In this document: in pieces, positions 24,607 through 37,197 of the stretch | Layout of the letters: each line of letters opens with the position of its first letter | Numbering within the stretch: position 1 is the stretch's first letter | Assembly: GCA_010015805.1 (NCBI GenBank) | Contig: ML978144.1 | Location: 62,001-126,000 of the forward strand | From: Rhizodiscina lignyota | Lineage: Eukaryota | Length of the DNA stretch: 64,000 nt | Direction: 5' to 3' | The notes under the pieces: model-generated | Databases searched by the model: none | Told to the model about the DNA's origin: nothing | Seen by the model: only the letters and a program-made list of their open reading frames with translations | Position numbers and translations under genes: made by a program

Positions 24607-26687
24607 TTGAAACGGATTGCACTTCCAAAGTGTGAAAAGAAACGAGTAAAGCGGCTGAGATACTCTGTCACTGAGATGGTAAATCGGAAAGAATGTGAAT
24701 GACTTGGCTCGTCTCTTAGTTGCTTCCAGATCCTCAGCATGCTTTCTGTAGCCGTCGGAGTAAATGGCATTTGGGCTTAGACCTCGCAATACTGGAGGAG
24801 CTCCGGAAGAGAGTAGTGAGTTAATAGCAGGCAAAACTCACATGTAGAAGCATATAGTTCCCCAACCGACTGCAAATTGGGACTTTAATAATGAAGGAAC
24901 AGTTTTTTTTTCAGTCACAAGCAACCTGATGCAGTTACTCACAGAACACTTGTTAGACAGAGATAACGATGCTTCTGCTTAATCGCGGGCTGCGCTGTCG
25001 CGGAAAAATAATAATTAATTGGAATACTAGAAGCTATGAATCCTGATAGTATTCTTTAAACGTCGATAGATAAAGTAGGAGACGCTTGGATAATCCACAA
25101 ACTGTGTCTCTGAATTGCGTTGTTGATTCTCGGGCGAGAGTCAAAGACAGATTGAACGGGATACCGGAAGAGTCGTTCTATGGAGTGCATACCTACGTAC
25201 CAAAGCGATTATTGATACCCCGACCAATCTGACGCAGGTCCTGTGGCGGCAATCACGGCTCGGTACGATTACGAACTGAAACTGCCCAGTATCAAGCCAT
25301 CGGGACTTCGTCGTACACTATTCTTACCTTGATAAAATGGGCAGATGTCACCTCACAGTGTCCCACTCATCATTCGGTGTGCTCTTGGCGGAGCGCCAAC
25401 CATGCTTTCGATATTTGCCGCCGTAACAATTGCCGTTCATGACAGTGTCAGCCCTAAGGCAGTCGCCGTGATAAGCTACTAGGTGTAGTTTGTCCCAAGT
25501 GAAAGTCGCGAAATCCGACCAGTTGTAAAGTTGATGTTTGCCCATGAAAAAGCAGCGGAGCCTCAAAGCGGAACAATTTTGGACATTGCGCCGGCAAGGC
25601 TGATTCTTAAATCTGCATTTTTATCGACAACCATCTACCATGAAGTTGGTCCATCCGAGAAGGAATGAAGCGGCCGCTTGTGGTAAATTTGAATAAGGCT
25701 GCATTGGCCTAGAAAGCTCGCATATCGCGTGAGGTTGAGATTCTTGACGGCTTCTTGATCGTCTTATAGATCACACTTAGTAAGGGATGAGTAACAAGGG
25801 CTTGAGTGGCGCAACCAATCGGATAGCAAGATCCGTTCCGAGCCAGCGGAAGCTACGGATCTCCCTCGTACGGATGGAATGTTCTGAGGCTGTGTGTGGA
25901 CGTTTGCGGGCGGCTTTGCGCGGCATCGGGTGCGGATGCGGTCGTTCAAGCGGACGAATTTGGGAGGCCCCTGTGACGTCAAGGGAGCTCTTGTCGAGAG
26001 AGACGACGTCCAACGCACTGATCTGCAAGTCAGAAGCTTTCATTAGCCTTTCCCTGAGCATCCCCAACGTGTACCCACTCACACTTCCTCAATCGCTGCT
26101 AAACTGCGAGTAGTCGGAGCTAGGTGCGCAAGCTCCTGGTATGTGGACCCTGATTTCCCAGGTAGGGCAGAGCAGTACAGGCCATCCGGACCAGAGGTCG
26201 GAGGGGCAAAGCAAATCATCGTGCGTAGCATGGCAGATGGAATGCTCTGGTTCGGGTTCGGCAAGCATGAACTTTCTGCTTCCCAGCTCCGCTGCTTCGT
26301 ACGGATGCGGAGCGCCTCTTTCCCATGGCAATGGAAGCTCGGCTTGGCGTGGCCGGCCATTATGTGTTTGTCCGACTGAAGTCAAAAGCAAACTGACGTT
26401 GCCAAGGGGACATGGCAGGCTCGCATGCAATAAATGCACTTCAATCCTCTATTATTTAGCCTGTGTGTCTGGGGCCAAGGACGATGCTGCAACTCGAGTC
26501 CAGAACACTAGCCACGATAACTATTCACATGTCCCCTCTCTCAGCCGCACTCTTCTGTCCTACTCGGCCCTTCCTCGATCAATTCTCTCGTATGCCCAAT
26601 TGATCGATACGACATCCCACGCGGCCAATTGCGCTGTCAATTTATATCTAAGGCACTTCAAGGCCTCTGTCGACCAGGTCATTCATC

Positions 26688-29600
26688 ATGGCAGAGGACA
26701 AACATCGTTCTGGAGAGGATCTTGAGATTGAAGCGACCCCGTCGCCACGAGAAGCCCCATATATCGAGCCATTCGAAAAGCTGGAAGAGGTCGAGACGAA
26801 GGACGATCTCGACCACATCGACTCCGAGTCAACAACAAACCCGTACTCTTCAGATTCCGCGTCTGGGAGTCACGAATTCTCGCCCATCAACCCTGGAGAT
26901 AAAGACGAGCTCCGTCGCATTGCGTCTACTCTAAGCAGAAAGTACACCAACAGAACAGGTGACCTCGAGCGTAGAGAGACAATCACTGGAATTCCCGACG
27001 ACGACCCAGTTTTCGATCCGAGCAGCAAATCCTTCGATATCTACAAATGGGCCAAGAAGTTCATTCGAGAGCTCGACGAGGAGGAAGTCAAGCGGAAGCG
27101 CGCTGGTATTGTCTTCAAGGGCCTCAATGTGTCTGGATCTGGCTCAGCTCTCAATATTCAGAACACTGTCGGCTCCCTTCTTATGGCTCCTTTTCACATT
27201 GGAGAGTTTGTAAACATTGGCCATAAACCGCAGAAGCAAATCTTGAAGGATTTCGACGGCGTCCTGAAGAGTGGAGAGATGTTAGTCGTACTTGGTCGGC
27301 CCGGATCGGGCTGCTCGACACTGCTGAAGTCCATGTGTGGAGAATTGCATGGCTTACAGGTCGATGATGGATCAACGGTTCACTACAACGGTGAGCATCA
27401 AATTAATTCGAGCTTTCGAGGCTTGGCTCACTGTAATAGGAATCACCCAAAAACAAATGATCAAAGAATTCAAGGGCGAAGTGGTGTATAACCAAGAGGT
27501 AAGTCGCATTGGGCCAATCAAACTCTATCGAGCGAAATGCGATGTTGACATTTTTCAGGTTGATAAACATTTTCCTCACCTTACAGTTGGCCAAACCTTG
27601 GAGTTCGCAGCATCAGCTCGCACACCACAGCATAGGATTAGAGGTGCATCTCGACAGGAGTGGGTGAAGATGATCACGCAAGTCATGATGGCTGTATTTG
27701 GCCTGAGTCACACGTACAATACGAAAGTTGGTAACGACTTCGTACGTGGTGTCTCCGGAGGAGAAAGGAAGCGTAAGATTTACCCTCAACTTCAGTGTAG
27801 GAGTCTGCTCACAGCCACTTAGGCGTATCAATTGCCGAGATGGCGCTCTCAGGTGCTCCACTTGGCGCCTGGGATAATTCTACTCGTGGATTGGACTCGG
27901 CGACTGCATTGAAATTCGTCCAGGCACTGCGACATTCAGCCAGCTTTGGTGGCGCTGCCCACGCTGTTGCGATATACCAGGCAAGCCAGGCAATCTACGA
28001 TGTCTTCGATAAGGTTATCGTCCTTTACGAGGGCCGCGAAATCTTCTTCGGCCCTACAAACAAAGCAAAGGCTTTCTTTGAGAAACAGGGATGGTACTGT
28101 CCACCTCGCCAAACGACTGGAGACTTCCTGACCTCTGTTACCAACCCGGGCGAGCGCAAAGCTTGTGACGGAATGGAGAACCAGGTTCCAAGGACACCTG
28201 ATGAATTCGAGGCATACTGGCGTAAATCAGACGACTACAATGCTCTTCTACAAGAGATCGAGGAGCATGAGGAAGAGTTCCCTCTCGGCGGAGAAACGGT
28301 CCAGCACCTTCATGAGGCTAAGCATGCATCTCAAGCAAAGCATGTTCGACCTAAATCTTCGTACATGATCTCCATTCCAATGCAAATTCGACTCAATACG
28401 GTTCGCGCGTATCAGAGGATCTGGGGAGACATCGCATCAACTATGACTTCCTTGATCGGCCAAGTAGTCATGGCTTTGATTATCGGGTCAGTCTTCTTCG
28501 GCACGCCGGATGCGACACAAGGATTCTTTGCAAAAGGAGCAGTCCTGTTCTTCGCCGTTCTGCTCAATGCACTCATGGCTATTTCGGAGATCAACAGTCT
28601 CTACGCACAGCGCCCTATTGTCGAAAAACACGCATCTTATGCGTTCTACCATCCATTCACCGAAGCATTTGCAGGGATCGTCAGCGATATACCGGTCAAG
28701 TTTGCCCTGTCGGTCGTCTTCAATGTCATCGTCTACTTTATGGCCAACCTTCGAAGGGAACCGTCCCAATTCTTCATCTATTTCCTCACAGTTTTCACAG
28801 CAATTTTCACAATGAGCGCCGTATTCCGAACCATGGCCGCAATCACCAAGACGATCTCGCAAGCCATGTCGCTTGCAGGCGTGCTAGTCCTTGCAATCGT
28901 CGTATACACTGGTTTCGTCGTACCCTCGCGTTATATGCATCCGTGGTTTGAGTGGATCAAATGGATCAACCCGGTCTTCTACGCCTTCGAAATCCTCGTC
29001 GCAAATGAATTTCACGGCCGGGAGTTCATTTGCTCCGGATTTGTCCCAGCATATCCTACCTTGACAGGCGACCAATTTGTCTGCTCTGTTGCGGGTGCTG
29101 TAGCCGGGGAACGAAGGGTAAGCGGCGATGCTTTCATCGCCGCGAGTTATGAATACTACTACTCCCACGTCTGGCGCAACTACGGCATCATGATTGCTTT
29201 CCTGGGATTCTTCATGGCTGTATACTTTGTGGCCGTAGAACTCAACTCTTCTACCACCAGCACTGCTGAGGTTCTCGTGTTCCGAAGGGGCCATGTTCCA
29301 GCCTACATCGAAGCCAACACAAGACGCGCTGCGAATGATGAAGAGCTTGCTGCATCAAAGGCAGTAACAAAGGAAGGTGCAGATGCCGACACAACGAACG
29401 TTATCCCACCTCAGCAGGACGTCTTTACCTGGCGCAATGTCAGTTACGAGATTCCGGTCAAGGGAGGCACAAGGATGCTTCTTGATAACGTTTCTGGATG
29501 GGTCAAACCTGGAACGCTAACTGCACTTATGGGCGTCAGTGGTGCTGGTAAGACAACACTTCTCGACGTGTTGGCTGAGCGCGTTACCATGGGCGTTGTC

Positions 29601-31447
29601 ACCGGCGACATGTTTGTGAGCGGCAAACCGCTTGATTCGAGCTTCCAGAGGAACACTGGCTACGTTCAACAACAAGACTTGCACCTTGAAACCGCGACCG
29701 TTCGCGAAAGTCTGAGATTCAGTGCTATGCTACGGCAGCCGAGGTCTGTGTCGCAGAAGGAAAAACACGACTACGTCGAGGATGTGATTAAGATGCTCAA
29801 TATGGAAGATTTCGCCGAGGCTGTTGTAGGTGTGCCAGGAGAGGGGCTGAACGTAGAGCAGCGTAAGCTCTTGACCATTGGCGTTGAGCTCGCTGCCAAA
29901 CCAAAACTACTACTCTTCCTTGATGAACCTACCAGGTATGCCCTGTAACATTGGAGGTCAAGCTGGCAAGGTAGCTAACATATCACAGCGGTTTGGATTC
30001 TCAGAGCTCCTGGGCAATCTGTTCGTTCTTACGAAAATTGGCCGATTCCGGCCAAGCTGTTCTTTGCACCATTCATCAACCGAGTGCCATCCTTTTCCAA
30101 GAGTTCGATCGACTTCTGTTCCTAGCGAAGGGTGGAAAGACTGTCTACTTCGGGAACATCGGCGACAATTCTCGAACACTGCTTGATTATTTTGAGCGTA
30201 ATGGCGCTCGGCCTTGCAGGGATGATGAAAATCCAGCTGAATACATGTTGGAGATCGTAAACAAAGGATCTAGCCCAGCATCTGGAAAGGACTGGTTCGA
30301 TATCTGGAAGGAGAGCGAAGAAGCCCAAGCTGCCCAGACTGAGATCAACCGCATCCACGACGAGAAAGCTCGCGAGCCGACGACCGACAGTGATCCGGAT
30401 GCGCACAGGGAGTTCGCAATGCCACTCCCTTCTCAAATTTACACAGTGACATACCGCATCTTCCAGCAGTACTGGAGGATGCCTTCTTACATCTACGCGA
30501 AATTCCTTTTGGGGATCATGTCCGGTCTCTTTATCGGCTTCTCGTTCTTCAACTCCAATCACTCTATACAAGGCATGCAGAACGTCATCTTCAGCGTCTT
30601 CATGGTATCCTCGATTTTTAGCACCCTGGTCCAGCAAATCATGCCTCTCTTCGTTACGCAGCGATCTCTCTACGAAGTTCGTGAGCGGCCGAGCAAAGCG
30701 TACTCTTGGAAGGCCTTCCTCATCGCCAATATCGTCGTGGAGGTACCGTACCAGATTATCATGGGCATCTTGGTTTTCGGCTGTTACTACTTTGCCGTCA
30801 ACGGTGTCCAGTCATCAGATCGTCAGGGACTGGTACTCCTCTTCTGCATGCAGTTCTTCATCTTTGCCAGCACATTCGCACATCTGTGTATCTCAGCACT
30901 GCCAGATGCGCAAACGGCAGGAGCGGTCGCAACGCTACTCTTCAGTATGATGCTCACATTCAACGGCGTCATGCAAAGCCCCGATGCCCTGCCCGGTTTC
31001 TGGATCTTCATGTACCGTGTCTCACCTCTGACATACTGGGTTGGGGGCATTGTCAGTACAGAGCTCCATGGTAGGCAAGTCGACTGTTCCGCAACCGAGG
31101 TTTCCATGTTCAATCCGCCTTCTGGCCAGACCTGCCAGGAATACCTCGCACCATACCTTAGCCAGGCCCCAGGAACACTGCAGAATCCAAACGCAACGGC
31201 CGACTGTCGGTACTGCTCGCTCAGTAACGCGGACCAGTTCCTTGCGGGGTCGAACATCTTCTGGAGTGAGCGCTGGCGTAACTTCGGCCTCATCTGGGCA
31301 TATATCGGGTTCAATATCTTCGCAGCTACGGTGCTGTACTGGGCGTTCCGTGTGAAGAAGTGGGAGAATGTGGGGTTGAAGTCGATGCTGGCGACGCCGG
31401 CGAAGTTCATCAAGAGGTGCTTGGATGAGCACCCTCTAAAGCGATAA
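26688..31447 (+). CDS. Full-size ABCG/PDR multidrug transporter, about 5 exons
   Basis: NBD1 [29 protein letters not shown]2 [21 protein letters not shown]; two TMDs; PDR motifs [11 protein letters not shown] and WRNFG. Confidence 0.96.
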
Positions 31448-33650
31448 ATGAATCCAAGGAGATTAGAACGGGTTCTGATATATTTAGCGTAGCGTTTGAC
31501 TTTTACTTCTTGCTTGCTTCCTTTTGTTGGACGTCGTGCTGCACGTCTTGTCCCAGAGTTTAGAGCTTTATCCGTACAACTTAGTAGTAATAACACAGAC
31601 ACATTCGACTATACCCGCCAGCCTATTGACCGCGATATAACCAATGTAATTCCAAGACATGTTCTCTTCGTAATCTGTGATCTCCGCCGCAGACCTAGTG
31701 CATGCAAATCTTGCCGAGAGAAGCCGACGCGCGACCCACGACGCGGTGCCTGCGTCGCGCTCAACTTTCTCCGCGCCGTAAACATCACCACTTCACTTCA
31801 CGCGTTCTTCGACTTGGTGGCTTCTTCTCCAGCATTCTCAGAACGATCATTGAACAAACGCACACCAGTTCTCCCTTGCATCGACCAGCGATCTGTATTT
31901 GCGTCTTTGATGTCTTAAAGCGTTCCATCATGCGTTTGTTCGGGCGAAAAAGAAGGATAACTCCCAAGCCTTGGCCATCTCTTGCTGCATATCCGCAATT
32001 AGTAGAGGTTGTTTCGATCGGCTTTGATTCCAGCATATTTGAAATCACGTACCTTACGTTTGCCTTGCAACTCTTGTCTTACCGTATTGCCGTCTTGTTG
32101 ATACCTTGCCATCCCCATGCGTTACCGCCGATCAATCGAGCTGTGTCCTGACGAGTACGTTGTGATATGGTTTTTACAAAGATCATTCTTCTCTTGTAGC
32201 ATCTGCTGCTTCTGTCATGAACGTAAGTATTTTGAGCTTTCATCCACGTCTTATACCAATTATTAATTTATTTTTTGGTCAGAAAAGTAGGAATGATACG
32301 TCGGCAAGCAACAAGTACAGTCCTAACAATATTTAGTATCTTCGCTTTGCATTGACGGAGACATGTGGACCAAATCAACCACTCGAGATCGGCCAGTCAC
32401 TCTGTCAAGTTCCTGCTGCCTGTGGCTGCGGTTGGGCAAGCAATCCCTGCAACCACGCAGATCGGTGTGTACGAAAGTATGTCAAAGCGTCTGGGCTGGT
32501 TATTTGTGACACAGATGGATTGTTCTCTGACCTCGCTGGATCTGGTTAGTCTACCTGGGTACTCACAAGACTACACAAATTTACACATTACTAAAATACC
32601 TTACAGGATTACCGCTCTATAGATGGAAGGATGATGTCTTGCATAGGTAGATACATGCTAAGATACTGTGAACCAGCTAATTAGAAGCTATAAACATATA
32701 AGGTAGTCTACAGCTTATAAGTGCAGATTACAAGTACCACGGATTGAGCATTTATGAGCGGAATTTCAGCTTGTGAGAGAATTTACTAATAAGATACTCA
32801 TAGACCCGCATGACTCCAAGGTGTTAAGAACATTACCGCATGTGACACTTACGCCACCATCCCAACCGTCTTGAACTGCTGCTGCGGTATTGAAAATTTG
32901 AATCCGTTGGGCCGTTAGCGCCATAATGCTCGACCCTCCCACAAATACCGTCTTCTCCTCTTCTTCTTTCTTAACCTAAGCCACTCACTTTTTGGTAGGT
33001 ACCTTCCCATCACCATCGATGCATCAAATGCCACAGCTTCGCCAGCTCCTCAAGAGGACCATCACCGGGACTTGAGGGGTGTGAGCAACGCTATGCTTGC
33101 GGCGCCCATTATCACCAGCACACCACAAATCGTTATACTCCCTACTTACAGCTTATGTAGACCACTCTGAAATCCACAACCACATAAGCAAGAAGTGACT
33201 GTGGTGACAATGGACAGCTGGGACGAAGACGGTGAGTTTAAATACCTGGGTTGTGTTAATTTCATTGAGTTCGATCAACGAGAGTTTGGGCTCCCCGAAA
33301 TTAACCCAATCCCGGTGGCACTTGAATCCAATATGGCAGAGACACCCAAACCTCATTTACTTTGTACAAGGCGTAAATGCCGCTTTAGACGTCTTCGCAG
33401 GCTTCTTCGGCGGCGAGGAGTTTGCCGGCACGGGCCAAATGGTGGCGGATGGTGAGCGTTCCTAGCCTGCGTTGTTGATGTGGCGGAAACGCCGAACACA
33501 CTACACTCTCACGGCACGCGTCAGGATCACTGAACACCTCTTTCCCCGACGAAACCTGGGGAACTACACCAACTGAATTCCGCGCCCAGGTATTCAGGAA
33601 TCTCGGCAACGACTTTGGTGAGTGTTCGAACACGTTCTTCATAAAGCGAA

Positions 33651-35027
33651 ATGCTTACGGCAAACACAGAAGCACCAGACGCGTTCTTTGCCAACGACAA
33701 CACAATCTTTGGAGCCATCCAAGGTCGCGACTATCCGTACGAAAGTTTCGAAAACATCTTCGACGGAAACAGTGAAAACAACGCCGACAGCAACAGGTAC
33801 AGTGACAACATGGGAAACAATCAAAGCACCCTTCATGCCACTGCGGGCCAGGTTCACAACAATGCCGCCGCGCCAATGACCTACGAAAATCTAAACACTA
33901 ATGTGGGTGAATCCTCCGAAGCGCACTTGGCTTCTTCAACGAGCGATTCTTACATGCCATCTTGCGATGAGGTCTCTAGCGACGAGGCATCTGGCGATGA
34001 GGCATCTGGCGACAAGGCATCTAGCGACAAAGCATCTAGCGACAAGGCGTCCAGCTATGAGGCGTCCAGTGACAAGGCGTCTAGCTATGAGGCGTCCAGC
34101 AACATGGCATCTGTTGATGAGGCATATGATGATGAGGAAGCATCTGGTGTCGAAACATCTGGCAACGAGGAAGCATATGGTGTCGAGACATCTGTCAACG
34201 AGGTGGCACCTGGCAACGAAGCATCTGGCGGCAAGGCATCCGGCGGCGAGGCATCCGACGACGAGGCATCTGACGACGAGCGTTCTGCCCACGGCGACCT
34301 CCTCATGCCCAACTACGATCCCAGTAACCTGCCAATCGAATGCGCTCGCATTATCGCTGAGGACCCGGTGAACAATTGGAAACTTCCGTTCGTGATGAAG
34401 GACGGCGAGCGGGTCAGAGGAACACGGGGCTCGTATCTACGCAACTTTGGTGACGGCTTCCCTGAGCGTATTTCACCCGACGCTTCGTACACTCCGTACC
34501 TTATCTTCCTCCAAGACAAGTACGGTGCAACCACAGATGATTTTCGCAATCGCATGGAGGAGGACATGAATACCACGGCGATTACGAATCGTATCGGCCG
34601 CGAGCGTCAGAGACAGGGAAGACTCGCCTATAAGGAACTGGCTTTCAACCGCAAGCTGGGCACGCACGCGTTGAAGACTCTCGAGAATCTTACGTTCGAC
34701 CAAGTCCGCTTCAACACTTGCTGGGAGGTGGACGCCACGAAGGGCCTGACGCGCCAGAATAAGGATTCCGAGTGGCTTAAGGTTCCTCACCCTGCCGGCG
34801 ACTTCCACAAGGTCAACATGCGCATGGAAACTCTTGTCAAGGCCTACGAGGAGAAGGTGGATGAGGCTGCTGAGCAGGGAACTCACTGGACTGCAGTGAT
34901 GCCAAAACTGAACCGCGGCGCCCATGGATCCAGGCCCTTCGTTCGCCCTGCGAGCAGCAAGAAGCGCAATGCCGCCAATCCACCTATGGTCCTTGGTAAC
35001 GTCCGCGTCAGCAAGAAGCGCAACTAG
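33651..35027 (+). CDS. Uncharacterised protein, main exon (short upstream exons likely from about 33.0-33.6 kb); acidic repeats plus a domain shared with the 37198-38715 gene
   Basis: 458-codon ORF with pentapeptide repeats and the LTFDQVRFNTCWEVD..W..VPHPAGDF domain; several gtgag/gtaa donor sites upstream. Confidence 0.7.
   Translation: MLTANTEAPDAFFANDNTIFGAIQGRDYPYESFENIFDGNSENNADSNRYSDNMGNNQSTLHATAGQVHNNAAAPMTYENLNTNVGESSEAHLASSTSDSYMPSCDEVSSDEASGDEASGDKASSDKASSDKASSYEASSDKASSYEASSNMASVDEAYDDEEASGVETSGNEEAYGVETSVNEVAPGNEASGGKASGGEASDDEASDDERSAHGDLLMPNYDPSNLPIECARIIAEDPVNNWKLPFVMKDGERVRGTRGSYLRNFGDGFPERISPDASYTPYLIFLQDKYGATTDDFRNRMEEDMNTTAITNRIGRERQRQGRLAYKELAFNRKLGTHALKTLENLTFDQVRFNTCWEVDATKGLTRQNKDSEWLKVPHPAGDFHKVNMRMETLVKAYEEKVDEAAEQGTHWTAVMPKLNRGAHGSRPFVRPASSKKRNAANPPMVLGNVRVSKKRN
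33966..34280 (+). repeat. Coding minisatellite, 15-bp unit (about gacgaggcatctggc) encoding (D/Y/G)(E/K)AS(S/G/D)
   Basis: DEASG DEASG DKASS DKASS DKASS YEASS DKASS YEASS ... GKASG GEASD DEASD visible in both DNA and protein. Confidence 0.85.
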
Positions 35028-37197
35028 GCTCCTTCTCCTCCGATTTCGTCTTTACCAACGGAGTCCCTCTTCATCTCTTTACGGCAGCGTGAACTCCAAT
35101 CAGCAAAACGACAACACGACTTCTCTTCTGTCTTGTACTAGCCTGTCATACCATTGTCCGTCCGCAGCAGAATGTGGGACGACAATACTTCTTTGACAGT
35201 GGGCTGGTCATTGTGAATTTGACTCGTTTCCCTTTTTCTTTCTACACAATGACGTTTGTTTTTAATACGGTTCAATACTGGGACTATCAAAAGTTGTAAT
35301 GCTTCATGAGCGCGCGAGAAGGACATTGTACACTAAAACGAGTCAGGAAATTGTTTTTACGAGTTCGAAACATCGATAGTCAAACAAAATAAAGTGCCAA
35401 TATGATCATGTGAAATGCCATCGTGATGAATGATTCCAAGGGATTGGCTATGATAGTCAGCTTTCCAACCCCAACACCCTCGACTCTATTAGCCATGTGA
35501 AACCGGTTCCTCGAGTGATTTTCGTTGTCGTTTCCCAGTAGACAACGAATAGAGGTGGTGCAAGCCGCCTGACGCGGTTTACGAACTGAACATCTCAATC
35601 GCGCGAGGCTTTATGCGACTCTCGTGGACTGGACAAAGAGTCGCACAAAGCCGCGCCAGCCATTGGATCTTTTCTTCAACAAAAGTGGCATTCCTGTAAG
35701 CCGCTGACATGCGATTCCTTATTCCTTATGCTGCCGGGTACGATGTAACGTCAAACGCGGAGTGCCTCTTACTCTTCAAGAGAATGAGAGTACTCCTGAA
35801 AGTTTAATTCCACATTCTTTGGAGTGTTAATGACCTCTAGTCCTCGGCGGTTGTGAGAACGACATGGAGCACAGGACTTGGTCAAGCTGTTTTGGACCAA
35901 GGAGACAATGGCGCGGATTTCCTGCCCTCGGAACTCGTAAAGGTCAAGTTGGAGGTGGGAGAGCCACTGGCTCTTGAGTATTGCAGCCCTGCAGGCGGCT
36001 GATTATCTGGCGCCCGCGTACCCAGTACGTTTCCAGAGCGCCAAGAAAAACATCCTTGTGTAGCTCGTGTTTTCCTTCTGTTCAAGATTAGCTGCTAACA
36101 TGGCACTTTGTTCTTGTTCAGCCCTTCCATAACCACAAAATATCTCGTCCAAGTCTCGGCATGGTGACATCGCTTTTCTAAGCTCAGTCTCCGCATCGTG
36201 CAACTCTTAGCCAGTCCATCCCGCACATCTCTCTCATGGCAAGGTAGTGGCTGACACTGACCCTCTTTGAAACATACGATGTATCCACCTCCTCCACAGA
36301 CTGACAGAAGGATTTCGGAATCAGGTCAACGACATCGGATCGATATTGGATTCAATTGTTCCAAGGACTAAAGAAATTCCAGATCTTAGACACGGATGTC
36401 ATCGATGGCGCTCATAACAGACTTAGCAGTATCGGCACCTTGGTAGCGGTACCTGCGAAGGCGTACGAAATTGCAGTATCCATCTCTTTGTGACCGAATC
36501 TATTGCGACAACCCATGAGGTATGGAGCAGTTGGGCTACTGCACCACTCGGATGACGCTGATAGGCGTACTTCGAACTCGAACAGCCACTCCGATATTGT
36601 CGTATGTCGAATTCGCGAGCATATTGCGTTCGTCAGGCGATCTCACAGCAATTCCGAGCAGTCATCCTACATGTCTTTCAGCGGAGCTCGTTGGATAGTT
36701 CTGGAAAGGGCACAAAGAGGCTTTAGACCAAGCTACCAGATAATAAACAACTATTGATGCTTAGCATTAAAAGAATTAGCCTCTAAGGAAGTATACTGCT
36801 TGCTACTATGCAGTGCATACTAAGTTCCCCCTGCCACAACAATGTGACTTTGCGTAGCACCGTCAGAGAGGGACACTCTTTACCTACACTCTTCCATACA
36901 CTCTTCTATGCACACCGGCATTCCCCATATCATCTTGGTGAATTGTGAATCTGTGTTCATGATAGTGCATTAGTGCTTTCAGTCGTGAAGATGTGGTCGC
37001 GATATAGTCGTGAAATCACATAGACACGCGACACGCGTAGACACACGTTCACTCTTTCCACACGGTATAAAGATTGTCGTTATAACCCTTTCTCTTTCAC
37101 TGCATCCACACTCCAAGGCAAACTTGCAAAGCGACATAGCATCCCTTGCCCTTCTCATTGTCCCGATCCATCTACAGATCTATCACCCTCCGGCACT

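Noticed and set aside
25200..26700. Several short overlapping ORFs upstream of the ABC transporter
   Set aside because: No family motifs; consistent with promoter/UTR sequence and chance ORFs.
26688..31447. PDR transporter as the RiPP exporter
   Set aside because: It is about 11 kb from the core genes and separated by unrelated genes; nothing in the sequence links them.
30122..31602. Long antisense ORFs over the ABC transporter (and similar ones over other genes)
   Set aside because: Shadow ORFs arising from the codon bias of the real gene on the opposite strand.
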